Below are positions 1 to 13,289 of a DNA stretch of 64,000 bases, piece by piece. Location: the NCBI RefSeq assembly GCF_009914755.1, contig NC_060936.1; one strand, written 5' to 3'. The position numbers and the translations under genes were made by a program. The notes below the pieces were generated by a model. The model was not told where the DNA came from. It saw nothing but the letters and a program-made list of their open reading frames with translations, and searched no databases. The DNA comes from the human T2T-CHM13v2.0 reference genome, Homo sapiens. Positions within the stretch are counted from its first letter, which is position 1. Each line of letters opens with the position of its first letter.

Positions 1-63
1 AAGAAAACTGTACCAGTCCTCAACGACAAGAGTGATTTATTTTTGGAGATGTCACAGAAGGGG

Positions 64-590
64 CATTCATTCACACGAAATATATTTCCTGAGTGCCTCC
101 GATGCCGTGCCAAATACTGTGCTGTGGGTAGGGACATCAACAGGGGGAATAAAAGGCCTGATCCTTGCTGGGAGCTGTTAGTTTAGAAGGGAGATAAACA
201 TTAATCGACCAATGAAAAAAAAATGACTATGTGATTCTAGACTGAGATACTTCTTGGAAGAAAGGAACACAGTAGGAGGTTGGATAATAAAGAACCCTAT
301 CTAGACTGCAGAGTGAGGGAAGGTTTCCTTGAAGAAGTGTGGCTTAAAATGAAATCAGTTCGAGGACTAGGAGTTCTTGCAGCACAGGGTAGGTTTGGTT
401 AGAGAGAGAGTTGAGTTTATGCTAAGGCCCAGGAATAGGAGAGAACTTGGGGCCTTTGAGGACTAAAAGGAAAGGCCCAAGTGGTAAAGAACAGAGCCTG
501 GTGTGGTAAGGCTGGGGGAGTTGTACAGGGGTTGGATAAGCAGAGCCTTGTGGGCACGTTACATCTTTACCCCAAAGCAATGCAATGATC
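64..590 (-). mobile_element. LINE-2 3' fragment
   Basis: cattcattca...tatttcctgagtgcc...tactgtgctg...ggagctgttagtttagaagggagataaaca resembles the antisense L2 3' end. Confidence 0.65.
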
Positions 591-608
591 CCTGATTTAT
601 TTATTTAC

Positions 609-916
609 TTTTTTTTTTTTTTTTTTTTTTTGAGGCGGAGTTTTGCTCTGTCACCCAGGCTGGAGTGCAGGGGTGCAGTCTCAGCTCACTGAAACCTCTG
701 CTTCCTGGGTTCAAGCAATTCCCGTGCCTCAGCCTCTGGAGTAGCTGGGACTACAGGTGCCCGCTACTACACCTGGCTAATTTTTTTTGTATTTTTAGTA
801 GAGACGGGGTTTCACCATGTTGCCCAGGCTGGTCTTGAACCCCTGACCTCAAGTGATCTGCCTGCCTCGGCCTCCCAAAGTGCTGGGATTACAGGCGTGA
901 GCCACGGCACCCAGCC
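609..916 (-). mobile_element. AluS
   Basis: poly-T then full antisense dimer ending gccacggcacccagcc; degenerate TSD gcaatg(a/g)tc. Confidence 0.95.
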
Positions 917-1365
917 AGCAATGGTCTCTTGATGGCTACTTTTTAAAAACACCAGAGACATTTTCTTTTAAGCTACTTCTTATACTGTCTCAAAGTTTAG
1001 AGTCTGGGTGGAGCCTTTGCGGAGCTTATCATTCAAGATGAAGTTTTACTGAACTTGTCAGAAAATAAATGATTGAGAAGGTTCTGGATTGAGTCTCTCT
1101 ATTAAGGGAGACAGAAACAGCAAGAACAGGATTTTCTAGAAATACACTGTTGGGGAATTGAATGGGAAGCTTGCAGAAGAGAGCCTGATTTGGGGCATGT
1201 AGTAATTTGCCTTTGGAGGGAAAATTCATAGGGTGGCTTCCCAAGACCACCACACTCAGAGAGCCAATATTCCTGAAGGAAGCAGATTATAGTCTTCAGG
1301 AAGCTGGGCTGCCAAAAATTGGAAATCACTACTTTAATGAGTTTGAAGAAAGAAACAAGACGTGT

Positions 1366-1647
1366 CTTTCTTTTCTTCTTCTTCTTCAAGACTAGCTCTA
1401 TTGCCCAAGGCTAAAGTGCAGTGGCGCAATCTCAGTTCCTGGGTTCAAGTGATTCTCCTGCCTCAGCCTTCCAAGTAGCTGGGATTACAGGCGAGTGCTA
1501 CCACGCTCGGCTAATTTTTATATTTTTAGTAGAGACGGAGTTTTACCATGTTGGCCAGGCTGGTCTCTAAATCCTGACTTCAAGTGATCCGCCTGACTTG
1601 GCCTCCCAAAGTGCTGAGATTACGGGTGTAAGTCACTGCGCCTGGCC
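1366..1647 (-). mobile_element. AluS with internal deletion and (CTT)n-type tail
   Basis: Antisense Alu missing the ctcactgcaacctcc segment; ends cactgcgcctggcc. Confidence 0.9.
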
Positions 1648-2488
1648 CTTCTTTTCCTTTTTTTAAGCTTTGTTAGGTCCACATTCTCACTCTCTCTCCT
1701 TCATGTTCATCCTTGGACTGTAGTTTCTTTGTTGCTCTCTCTCTCTGTATAAGCCTTTCTTTCTAACTTTGGTAAGGTTACTTGTTTATGTTTTTAAGGA
1801 TATTTTGTTCTAGGTGAGTGTTGTAATAATCACAAAAGGAATGATAAACAGGAGAAGATCTTGCCGTTCAATTGACTGAAAGAAGGTAGTATATAGAGAA
1901 AGGCTAAATAATCATACGATGGTAACCATTAGTCAAGTCACTGATTAAAAGCACGTCCTTTAGTAGAAAAAGTGCTAAAGAATGGCTTGCACGGATATAT
2001 CGATACATCATGCCCACACCACTGATCAGCTCTCTGAACTGACAATAATATTTATCCTGAAGCAGTCATTTCACACTTGCCCATCACATTACCTGGCATA
2101 GAGTAGTGCTGTGTAAACGATCAGTGTTGAAACAAATGTATTCCCAGTACTGGGGAGGGAGAGTAAATGTGAAGAGGCCTTTCATAGGCTTGCACTTGCC
2201 CTCCTAACCTAACTCCTTTCCATTTGAAGGTTCCCCTGTGCAATCACTGGTTCTAGTCTTTAATTTGTAAGGTTGCTAAGACTTTTCCCATTCAATTGAG
2301 AGACAATGTTGGCATGCAGGATTTATCTATCTAGAGAGGAATGGGTTCAAAACAGAAATATGGGTGCATAAATGATACACAGCACAAGCCCTTTAAAAAA
2401 AATCATACCTGCTCTAGACCTTTCAGGGCAGGTTTTCGTGGTGTATCTTTTTTCTAATCTTACATCTAATCAGACAGCAGCCTGTAAT

Positions 2489-2568
2489 TTTACTCATCAT
2501 TACATATGGCCTATTGACAGTTGACAACAACTTTACTCATCATTACATATGGCCATTTACAGTTGACA
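2489..2568. repeat. 43-bp tandem duplication (about 2 copies)
   Basis: tttactcatcattacatatggcc...acagttgaca at 2489 and 2532. Confidence 0.9.
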
Positions 2569-4526
2569 GCTGTCACCCAGGCAAGTTCACATACGTTGCC
2601 TCACAATCACATGGCATCACAAAGAGGGTGAGATCCCAGGCCAACATGCCATTGATCAGCCAGTAATGAACCATTGCAGCTGGAAACCACCTCACTGAAA
2701 TAAAACAGATCATCCCACAGACAGTACATATAACCTAAGCATGCTGCCATTAAAATGGTACCAACACATTCAAATTAAATGGTCTTTTATATTTCACTCA
2801 ATACTTTAAGATCACCTTTGTTCTGGTACTTACTTCTGGCACTAGTGCTTTTTTTTCCTTTCCTATTCAAGTTGATTTCCTGCAGAAGGAAGGGAAATAG
2901 TATCACGATATTTAAACCACAAGAAAGCCCTGCTTTGAAAGATAGGGAAGCAGGCATATCTTCACATTGAGCCTCACCAAGCACTGCCATTACATTCAGT
3001 GAATGAGAGAAATCATAATACTAAGGAAACAATAGTTATATCACAAAGATGTAAGATTCTAGAAATCCATCTAAACTGCGTATTCCCAAAATCACCTCTG
3101 GTTTGAAATACAGTAGAAAAGAGTTGCTACTACTACAATGAACCAAAAGTTTATGATGGTAAAGTTTTTGTTCTGTTTAAATTTTTAAAAAGGAATATAA
3201 ATTCAAGAAGCATAATCATCCTCGATATAATTTATTCACCTAGCACATTTTATATCATTGCTGTATTTATGCCAACCTATTCCAAGCAGGTCTTATGGAA
3301 GGGATTTTAGTCAGTACACAAATCCCTTTGCAGCTAGTGAATTCTAACCTTATTACCCCAGCAAGAGATAGACACTTTTTGAGACGCAGCCTAAACAAGT
3401 CAAAAGGTTGGTGTTCCATTAATACCAGCAGGAGGAGAAAATGACACTGCAGTTGTCCTTGGAACAGAGAAGCTGACAGATTTGCTGAAAGGTTCAGCCA
3501 TTGTAGGATTTTGTTAAAAATCTAAAGGCAACAGCATTTCGCTTTGAAGTTCTGAAACATCTTCGAAATCAAAAAGCTCAACAAAGAATAACGTGGACAA
3601 TTGAGTTTTTCAAAACTCTATTTTTATTTAACTTTTAAAACATTTTGCCTAGTAATTTATGGTGTCAACTCAATCAAAGGTACAAAGTAAGTTCATTAAG
3701 AAAGATCACTGAAGGTACCCAAACAGACTTCCAGTTCAGAAGACAGATGCCAAGGTCTAATAAGTTAAAATTAAACGCCTTACCTTCCCCATGGGCTTTC
3801 CCAACAACTCTAATTGAAAGGCACTTAACAGAGGCAGGCCCACAATTCTGTGTATTGTATACTGGCTCTCATACTGAAGCTCCCTCCCATGCAGAATGTG
3901 AAAAATCAGATTCCAGGTCCCTTGCCCTTTAATTCCTATAATCTTTTGCAGTTAAACTTAAAATCTGAGTTTTATAGTAAAGACCAACATCCAAGACTAA
4001 ATTTCGTGGAGTTGGCAAATATGTTATTCTACATGGAAAGTGTTTGCGTAGCAGCAACAGGCTGAGTGAGACAGCTGAGACTAACAAAAAAACTTACTTC
4101 TACTAAGATTTATATAATTACTGTACTTCTACATAAATACAGATCTTCATTATTTTTCTCATAAACCTGGTATTTAGGAATTTAACTTGGTTCATTCTTA
4201 TCCTAATCATTTATAGACTTGATCCAATTTTAGGGTTTGTCTAATTAACTGCCAAAAGTATGTTAAGGTTGAACAACTATAGTCTCAAAATACATTTTAC
4301 TGATAAGATTCAGCATGGCAGGAAGTTCCTTCATTCCCTCCATTAATGTTTTGATGACCTTCTTGAATTCCCAAAATGAAATACTTCTTACATTTAATAA
4401 AATAGGTCCCATTTGCCTTATTTCTTAGGGTCAGACAGTCTATATTATAGCCTAGCTCTAAATATGAGTGAAAGTTCCAGACCCTTTTGAGGAGATATCC
4501 TTGTCCTATTGAACTAGGATGGTTAG

Positions 4527-4853
<327 letters not shown>

Positions 4854-5789
4854 TAATAAGACAGTATATTTTATCACAGCCCAATACACCTCAGCATCAC
4901 AAACCCAGTTATTAAAAAAAAAAAAATTCCTGCTAAAAACAGAAGTGCAGATTTTCGTTAAATTTGCCAGCTTAAGTTTAATATTTTTCATTCTGCAAAT
5001 CTTAATCATTTTTGCTTTTGCCAACATTACCAAATGAACAAATCTCAACAGTGAAGAAATGGTGGGAAAAGAAAGACATCTCCTATATACTTTTACACAA
5101 ATGAGCACATTCCTTAGAAAACAGACCCATTTCCTCTCATTCTTTAGAGGAAAAAATGTCTTTTACATAGATCCCAACTGTATCAGTTCTATGGAAAATT
5201 AGGAACATAATGAAACAAGTTAATTTCCTAATGTCAGACATATAAGAATCATAGCAAAGACCTACGAAATTTTACCTCTAGTATTTAAGCAAAACCAATT
5301 GCTGTCACAATTTGCCTCACCTGCCTTCGTTTTTACATAGAGAATGTGTTTGGTTTCACAGGTAATTGGTAGCCTTAAGCACATGTAACTTACAATCACT
5401 GAATGAAAAGATTCGCTTTGGTGAATTAAAATGGAACAATTTCTCCAAAATAAAGGGGGAAAGGCCAAAAAAAAAAAGTTAAGGGGATTAATAGGCAAGT
5501 GTTTCATCTATTTGCATTTAATTTGATGTCATGAAAGCTTCGGGCATCTAAAAATATACCTCTTTTATTCTTGTAAGTCTGCAAGATTTGGCTTTTGGAA
5601 TAGAAACTGTTTAGGTGGGGAGGAAATTGTTGAATTCTGTGTCTATGCTTTAAAAAAAAAAAAAAAAAGAGGGTTGACCATAACCCGAGGCCCCAGCTCC
5701 TGCAGAGTGCCTGTTGTTATGAAAGCAAGGTGCTCCACACGATCTAATCATAGCACTAAACCTTGTTACAAGCCCTTTTACAGCTCCAA

Positions 5790-6030
5790 TATCTAGGTTA
5801 CATGGAAACACGCTGGAGAGCCTCCTTGTACTATGAAATAAATGTCATTCTGACTGGCATCCTCTCTTCCAGCAAGTAATTTCCCTCTGCTGATAAATCG
5901 ATACAGCAAAAACAAATGAGAGCACACAATGGGCACAGTGAGGATTACATTTTTATTCATTTCAGAGCCCCTGCAGCCAAGTTTTTTAAGCACAATAGCA
6001 GAAAATGATGCACTTCAGCTAGGAAACAAG
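5790..6030. promoter_or_regulatory. Candidate conserved enhancer block
   Basis: Repeat-free. TGATAA and AAATCGATA (5891-5903), SOX-like CACAATG (5925-5931) and CACAATA (5991-5997), GGATTA (5942-5947). Conservation is inferred, not measured. Confidence 0.4.
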
Positions 6031-6859
6031 AGATACAGAGACATTGAGATAAGAAAAGAAAGACAAAAAAAGAAAAGAGGGAAAAAGTGGGAACAAAGAG
6101 AAAGCCAAGAGAAAGGAGGCAAGCGTATTCCTGCCAAGCTGCTCAGACATAAACTTTTGTTTGAGAAAAAGATTAATATTTGAATTCTTGTTCAGCTCCT
6201 CATAAAAATCATCAGAGAAGCACGTGCACATCTTTTTTTTTTTTTTTTTTACTTCTTTATCCTGTAAGTTTGCAGATAATTTGAAAGGGATCTAAGATTC
6301 AACTTTTATTGATTATTGATACTAACATAGATACAACATAGGATCTTATCTAGAAAATGAAGACTAATCTAGAAAATCCAAAACTAGAAATAGTAGAAAA
6401 GACACCATTGATCGTTATTCATCTTTGGGAGTCCCCTCAAGTCATTTATATTTTTCAGTGTCTTTAAAGCAAAGATGGAAACGGCAAAACAAAAGGAAAA
6501 CAAGAGCATAGTTACTATTTGTAAGAGGTGTGGGAAACCCCCATATAAATATCTTTTAAGATACTAATTTTCTAAGTCTCAATATAATTGAATGGGCTAT
6601 CATGCAGAAGGAATGTGGCGCACATTGTAAAGTGAAAATTTTAAGACATTCTGTCTTTTGAAGGCAAAATGGAAAAGACCATCTCATAAAACCTTGAAAA
6701 CCCCAAATTTCCTGTGAAAGGATGGCGTTAGGTTTCCTGTTATTTACTATGGCATTTAACTCTTCTTAAGGCAATGGAAGTGAAAATGAGAGAATTCTAA
6801 AGTCTTAATAAGGCTTTATAGACAATATGTTCTTGTAATCCTTCAGTTCCAAAATAATT

Positions 6860-7045
6860 CTTAGGCAAGTTACTTAACTATCTGTGTCTCAATTTCCTCA
6901 TCTATAAAAATGTAGATGATGGTAATAGTAAGTACCTCACTGTTTTGGAAAGAATTGAGTGAATTAGTGTAAGGGCTTAGAACAGTTCCTGACTCACAGT
7001 GAGTGCCACATAAGTAATGACCATCAACATCATCATCATCATCCA
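6860..7045 (+). mobile_element. MIR
   Basis: ggcaagttacttaac...tctcaatttcctcatctataaaaatg core plus 3' end with (CAT)n. Confidence 0.85.
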
Positions 7046-7291
7046 TTGCTTCGAAAGCTACAGTTTAGGTGTTGTCAACATTTTCTGTTTGATCTACAAG
7101 GTAACAATGCATTCAGAGAATACATTCTTAGTACCACTGCACAATACTGAACTAGATGGATTATGGGTCTCATCGGGACATAATTTTTAAATATTCTTAA
7201 CTGTTCTGTGATATCCCAGAGTCAATATACTCTCTTGGTGGTCACAGGAAAGGCAAGTTAGAAAATGTATCTCTATTGCAATCCATTAGCA

Positions 7292-7655
7292 CAGATGCTC
7301 CTTGATTTGTGAGGGGCTTATGTCCTCACAAACCCATTGTAAGTTGTAAAAAAAAAAGTCAAAAAAAAATACATCTAATACATCTAATCTACCAAACACC
7401 ATAGCTTAGCCTCACCTTCCTTACCCATGCTCCAAACACCTATATTAGCCTACAGTAGGGAAAAAAAATCATCTAATACAAAGTCTTTCATAATAAAGTG
7501 CTGAATATTTCATGTAATTTATTGAAAATTGTACTGAAAGTGAAGAACAGAAGGTAGCATGGGTACTTGAAGTACAGTTTCCATTGAATATGTATCACTT
7601 GGGTTATCAAGTGGAAAAATTTTAAGTTGAACTATTATAAGTTGGGGACTGTCCA
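7292..7655 (+). mobile_element. MER47A (TcMar-Tigger non-autonomous DNA transposon)
   Basis: cagatgctccttga...catagcttagcct...tattagcctacag...gtacttgaagtacag...taagttggggactgtc follows the MER47A consensus end to end. Confidence 0.85.
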
Positions 7656-8062
7656 TATTCTTTTTTCTTTGGGCTGCTCAAATATATATATATATATATT
7701 TCCTATGACTTTTTCAATGATAATTCAAAGACAGTGTTTAACATATTTTAATGTTATTTATGATCTTTCTCATTTGGGCTTTAATTTTATATTCTTCTTT
7801 CTGTCTTTTAAGAACTTGGATTACTGTCGGCTTCTAGTGTCTCCATCATTCATAATTGCACTGTGTTGGTCCACCCACTTTACTCCTAAAGAAGAGGTAA
7901 GAAACAGAAGAGGAGATCACAGTGGCTCTTCAACTATTAATATACCACAGACTTCAATAACAAATGAAGAGAAACAAGAAAAGAAAGCAATGCAAAAAGA
8001 ACGGTACTGCCCTCTTTCTCTCCTGAACCATCAATAAATCAAGGGTAGATAATAGCCTAAAT

Positions 8063-8275
8063 CAGTATTTCTCCAGTTTTTTCACTAGCATCTTCCCCAG
8101 TGAACCATTTTAAATAGTTTTTCCTAATTGTCCAAATATGAAATGTTAATGCACTAGATATACTGTATATGTATATGTGTCTTTGCTGTCTACATAAAAA
8201 GAGTAAGCTTTTGTTGTCTCCCAAGAAGCAATTGTTGCCCCTAAAGTGGCAATACTGCCTTTAGACAATATATGG
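8063..8275. mobile_element. hAT-Charlie-type non-autonomous DNA transposon fragment
   Basis: cag start; gatatactgtatatg...acataaaaagagtaag...cccaagaagcaattgttgcccc resembles a Charlie-family MITE. Confidence 0.5.
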
Positions 8276-8819
8276 ATTAATTCTTAGGAAAATAGCTTTC
8301 CCATTATTAGAAATATTGGGTCCAACATAATTGAGAATGTAGGCTGAAATTCACTGTTATAGTTGCATGGTTTACACGTTTTTAGCAAACCTTTAAGTAC
8401 TACTCTATGGCTGTATAATTCATCTTACCCCAATTCCAAAACAGTACTTTGAGGGTGTAAGAGATATGACAGTTTGTGAAAGATGCCTGACAAACTAGAA
8501 AGCAGTTTAAGGACAAGAAGTAAGGGGGATGGAGAGTAAAGTGGAATTGTTTCCAATTAAAGCAGCTAGGGAATTAGGTAGGTGGAATGTAATTATCTAC
8601 ATTGGAGTTTGGCCAGGCTTCTCGACTCGGAAAAAAAATGCTCTGTGATCTTTAATGAATAGAGAGGTAGGTCCAAGTTTAACATCTCATCCAAAAAATG
8701 AAATAAGATTTCTAAGTCCTTCTTTCCCGGAACATAAGTGGCAGAAATTCTTTTTTAACGAATTTGAAACTGCTTATAAGTTCCATACTTCAATTTAAAA
8801 TAATTATTTCATAAAGCCA

Positions 8820-9960
8820 TGACTTTTGAAATGGGAGTGTTGGAGAAAAGACAGTAAAATGGCCCCAGCAATCAATAAAAGAGGCTCAATTAATAGCAAA
8901 TAAAAGTGAAATCTGCGGCATTTTAAACCCCAAGTTGTTAAGTCATACCAACATATATCAAAAATTGACCTAGTTGGTTAATGTTTTCTTGGTTACCTAA
9001 AGAAGGAATTTTTAAAACAGGTCAGTTTGCTCAAAGTGTGCAAACCTTCCCCAATGACTGAGCTGCCAAAGCAGTGTAATGAAAACTGATAAGCTATGCA
9101 AACTTGGGAAGCCCGAGATGTGTGGCAGATAAATGTAAGCAGACATTATATCTTTCATAATCAGTGCAGAAGGAAAATGTGAACGGAATAAATGGTTGAG
9201 AAATATCATAGATTCCATTAGATGCAAAGATTGAAGTGTTAGACACCTTTTAGCTCAGCTTTCATTTAATTTATGGCTTTCCATTCTGTAGTCTGAAGGG
9301 ACTGAAAAATTCTTTCTCTAATTTTTTCCCCTTTCATGGCTTGACCACGAAGATGAAATTGGGGTACTTTAATTACCATTCAGAGCCAAAGGCTTGCCCT
9401 TTGATATGGAAATCCCACTTCTGCGACCGCCTTTTCCCGGGCCCTTCTCCTTCTAGTTGCCCAACAGGAATTTTAAGCAGCTTTGTCACCAGCTGATAGG
9501 GAAAGCTAACTGTAGCTCTTTTCTATTAAGTTTTAAGTTACACTGCCTTTCTTTCACCAAATTGGAAGAGTTGAAAATGAGGGAGGGGAACAGAGAGAGA
9601 GGGAGTGAGAGAGAAGAGGGGCAGGGTGGGTGGGGAATGACTGACTATCCATTAGAGTTGCAGAATTATAGTTTCTCCCCTGTCAGCATGAAGCATGGCC
9701 CATCCTGCACAAAGCCTCTCACTTTAAACACACACACAGAGCATAAACCGACGAAAACTGCCATGTACAGTTACCCCGTTATTGTCATCTGCCTGCTGCA
9801 TGACTCCCGGCTTTGCTATAATTATTAATTGCACTTGTCAACTGTCATTAATTCCTCTTTAGCATCCCTGTCTTTGAGTAATTAGACAGAACAGCCTCAC
9901 TGAGCTCATTGTTTAGAGCCCCTTGAAAGAGCCCACTGGGCTTTCTGCAGAGAAAACCAT
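8820..9960. promoter_or_regulatory. Large repeat-free candidate enhancer cluster
   Basis: More than 1 kb without recognisable TE. TCF/LEF CCTTTGAT (9398-9405), multiple TGTCA (MEIS) and TAATT homeodomain cores (9820-9855), retained CpGs near 9420-9440. Confidence 0.45.
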
Positions 9961-10418
9961 CAGGAATACAATAGAGCACTTCTGAGTTAACCCTTTGGAA
10001 GTGTGAATAGAAGGGAAAGTACTTTCACAGGTTTGGGTGGCCTGCTTTGGTTGCTGGGTACAGAAAGTCATGGCCAGACACCTAATAAATGGAACCATGT
10101 TTTAAATGTTTCTTTCCTGCAAAGAAGGGTATTTAAGTTGAATGAAAAGTCAGAGAAAGGCCTTAGGAAAAACATAATTTCCTAATTATCATTGCTAAAT
10201 TTTTAATGATTTTCTCATTTGATCATATGTTTTGTATTTTGGAAGAAACAAATTTTTCAGAAATAATATCTTCCTACATTCATTATATACATTTGCATGT
10301 ACAACATAAAGGTGCATACAAAAATATGTGTATATTATGCACAAAATTGTTCCAGGTGATTTCTGATTTCTCTAAGTCACAAAAATTTTAGAAGAACAAG
10401 ATTGAAGCTCTAGGGGTC

Positions 10419-10727
10419 TTTTTGTTTGTTTTGTTTTGTTTTTTTCTGAAACAGAATCTTGCTCTGTCGCCCACGCTGGAGTGCAGTGGCGCAGTCTTGG
10501 CTCACTTCAACCTCTGCCTACCAGGTTCAAGCAATTCTCCTGCCGCAGCCTCCTAAGTAGCTAGGATTACAGGCACGCACCACCACGACTGGCTAATTTT
10601 TGTATTTTTAGTAGAGATGGGGTTTCACCATATTGGTCAGGCTGGTCTCGAACTCCTGACCTCGTGATCTGCCCACCTTGGCCTCCCAAAGTGCTGGGAT
10701 TACTGGGATGAGCCACCGTACCCGACC
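10419..10727 (-). mobile_element. AluS (Sg-like)
   Basis: (TTTTG)n tail; cctgacctcgtgatc; TSD aagctc(t/c)ag. Confidence 0.93.
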
Positions 10728-10853
10728 AAAGCTCCAGTTTTTATTTAAACCTCTTTCCAGCCTCCCACAGAAGGATCCAGTTGATGGTGCTTTTAATTGT
10801 ACAACTAGTGCCTCTGACAACACGGTTTTATTTTCTTTTAAAGCCCCTATTCT

Positions 10854-11201
<348 letters not shown>

Positions 11202-11470
11202 TTAAACATTCCTGAATTTAGCCAGTCTCACCTGATTAAAACAAAACAAACAAACAAACAAACAAACAAAGTGAGTTACATGGTTTACCTTTGAGCAGCA
11301 ATGAAAAATGGGAATTATTGTTATCATTTTAGACGACATCATGCATAAAGAAAGCACTTGAAAACTATTAAGTATTATAAAACATCATTATTATTTTATC
11401 ACCATTGGCTAATAAAACTAAATTCTGTTAGCCATTTTCTAATAACAACACTCTTAATAATAATATTAAA

Positions 11471-11513
11471 AAGTTACCTGTTATTTGTTAGCAAGTTACC
11501 TGTTATTTGTTAG
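11471..11513. repeat. Perfect 21-bp direct duplication (period 22)
   Basis: aagttacctgttatttgttag c aagttacctgttatttgttag. Confidence 0.95.
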
Positions 11514-11717
11514 AAATCACTCCTGTAGAAAAGCTTCTTGATCTGGCTGTTCCAGTAAAAAACAAAAATCATAAGAATTTCTCTTGAAGAAAATTAAGGT
11601 CTATGGAATTGTGGAAAATAAACTAAAGTAAAGTTGATCACTAGGAATCATTAGAGCTATTTCCTATATCATCTTAGCTACAAGATTTTTTCAGATACTA
11701 GGTGAGTGCTTTTTAGC

Positions 11718-11935
11718 AATAATAACATATATTGAAGTCTAGATATGTACTCTATGTACTTTATATACATTAATTCATTTACTGTCCAAATCTCTGTGAA
11801 ATAGGTACTATTATCTCAATTTTAGAGATGGAAAAACTAAGCAACAAGTAGTTACAGAAGTTGTCCAGGATCGCACAGTTAGACAACGGCAGTCAAGTTC
11901 TGGTGAGCCCAAAGGCTCCATCTTAACCACTCTTC
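11718..11935 (-). mobile_element. MIR
   Basis: aggtactattatctcaattttagagatggaaaaactaag...tccaggatcgcacagttag antisense MIR core. Confidence 0.8.
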
Positions 11936-12051
11936 TAGGCTACCTCTCCAGGATGGAAGACACTATCTTTTCAGGTTTCCATTCAATAGGTAATGTATCT
12001 AGATTTCTGGTGGTGTTTCCTCCAGTGCAAAATAGATTAATTAATGTACTT

Positions 12052-12072
12052 TTAGGTTGGTGCAAAAGTAAT
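12052..12072 (+). mobile_element. MADE1/Hsmar1 terminal inverted repeat remnant (one arm)
   Basis: ttaggttggtgcaaaagtaat is identical to the MADE1 terminus; the rest of the element is absent. Confidence 0.7.
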
Positions 12073-12162
12073 GCTTGTCATAAAAGTATGATAAAATGTG
12101 CTGAACATCTTAGGAACTTGGCATTCTATATATTCAATGTGGAACAGTGTTGGGGAGCACAA

Positions 12163-12222
12163 GAAAGAGACAGAAAGAGAGCGAGCGAGAGAGAGAGCAA
12201 GTGAGCGAGAGAGAGAGCGCGC
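12163..12222. repeat. GA-rich imperfect microsatellite
   Basis: gagagcgagcgagagagagag...gagagagagcgcgc. Confidence 0.8.
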
Positions 12223-12562
12223 ACATGGTTTTGCAAATGTAGATTAGGTATTCTCAGGCACTGTTATTGTGTTTAAATGTTAGGCTAAACTAAGAAAAAC
12301 CTATTTATACATTTGTGTGTATATATTTACATATACACGCATATTGAGCTATTAACACAGTTGAATGCATTGTTTACTGAGTATTTATTGCATACGTAGA
12401 CTGTGCTATGTATGTAAGGTACAGAGGGAAATAGAAAAACATAAACTGTGATTCCTAAGTAAAAGGCATTTTCAAACTTACTGAAGACAGAATTTTGAGA
12501 ACCATACAATTAACACACTACAAAATGCTAAATGGAATATGATCAATGAAATAGATTAAATG

Positions 12563-12820
12563 AAACAGCTAAGATCAATGACAAGCAGTTACAGGGAAGA
12601 AAATTTTGAATTATTAAAAGGAAAAACTTTCTAAGTATTATAGGTGTCCAACAATGCATCAGGCTGGCTTGATAAGTAACGAATATCCATTACTAAAACA
12701 TTCAAGTTGGGTGATGATCTATAAAAGAACAAAATAAAAGAATTTCTATAGTCGGTGGGACGTTGAAACAGCCTAAATACTGTTAGTGTTCATCGTGTAT
12801 ATCTTAGATTCCATAATTCA
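12563..12820 (+). mobile_element. L3/CR1 3' fragment
   Basis: gttacagggaag...aaggaaaaactttctaa...tgtccaacaatg...ggtgggacgttg...agattccataattc follows the CR1/L3 3' end. Confidence 0.6.
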
Positions 12821-13289
12821 AAAAAATAACATTTTAGTAAGGGAGAGGAACTTTATTTCATTATTTACAGAAAAGTCATCTTGAAGAAGTTTGATGTTGG
12901 ATTTGATTTTGAAAGACGAATTGGAGATTAAGAAGTGGTAATAAGAGTAAAGAAAAAAACCCAAATAGAATTACAAGCACAAAGAGATGTAGAAATAAAT
13001 ATTTCTTGGAAAGATAAGCTTAAAAGGCCTTCCTCACTTACTCCAAGGGTAAGATGGGAATGGTATGAGAGGAGTGGGTGGGGATGGTATGAGAGGGAGT
13101 GAGGAAGAAGTAACAGAATAAAAGCTGTATCTGTGGAAAACAGGCACACTGGAGAAGAGCATGATGAAGCATCGTTTTCACTGATTGGCTGACGAGGAGC
13201 ATGATGGGTGACCTGTTAATCAGGAGATAGCTGGAGTTTAGTACTGAGTTATATGGGAATAGAGATCTCGTTTCCACTACCTACAAAGG

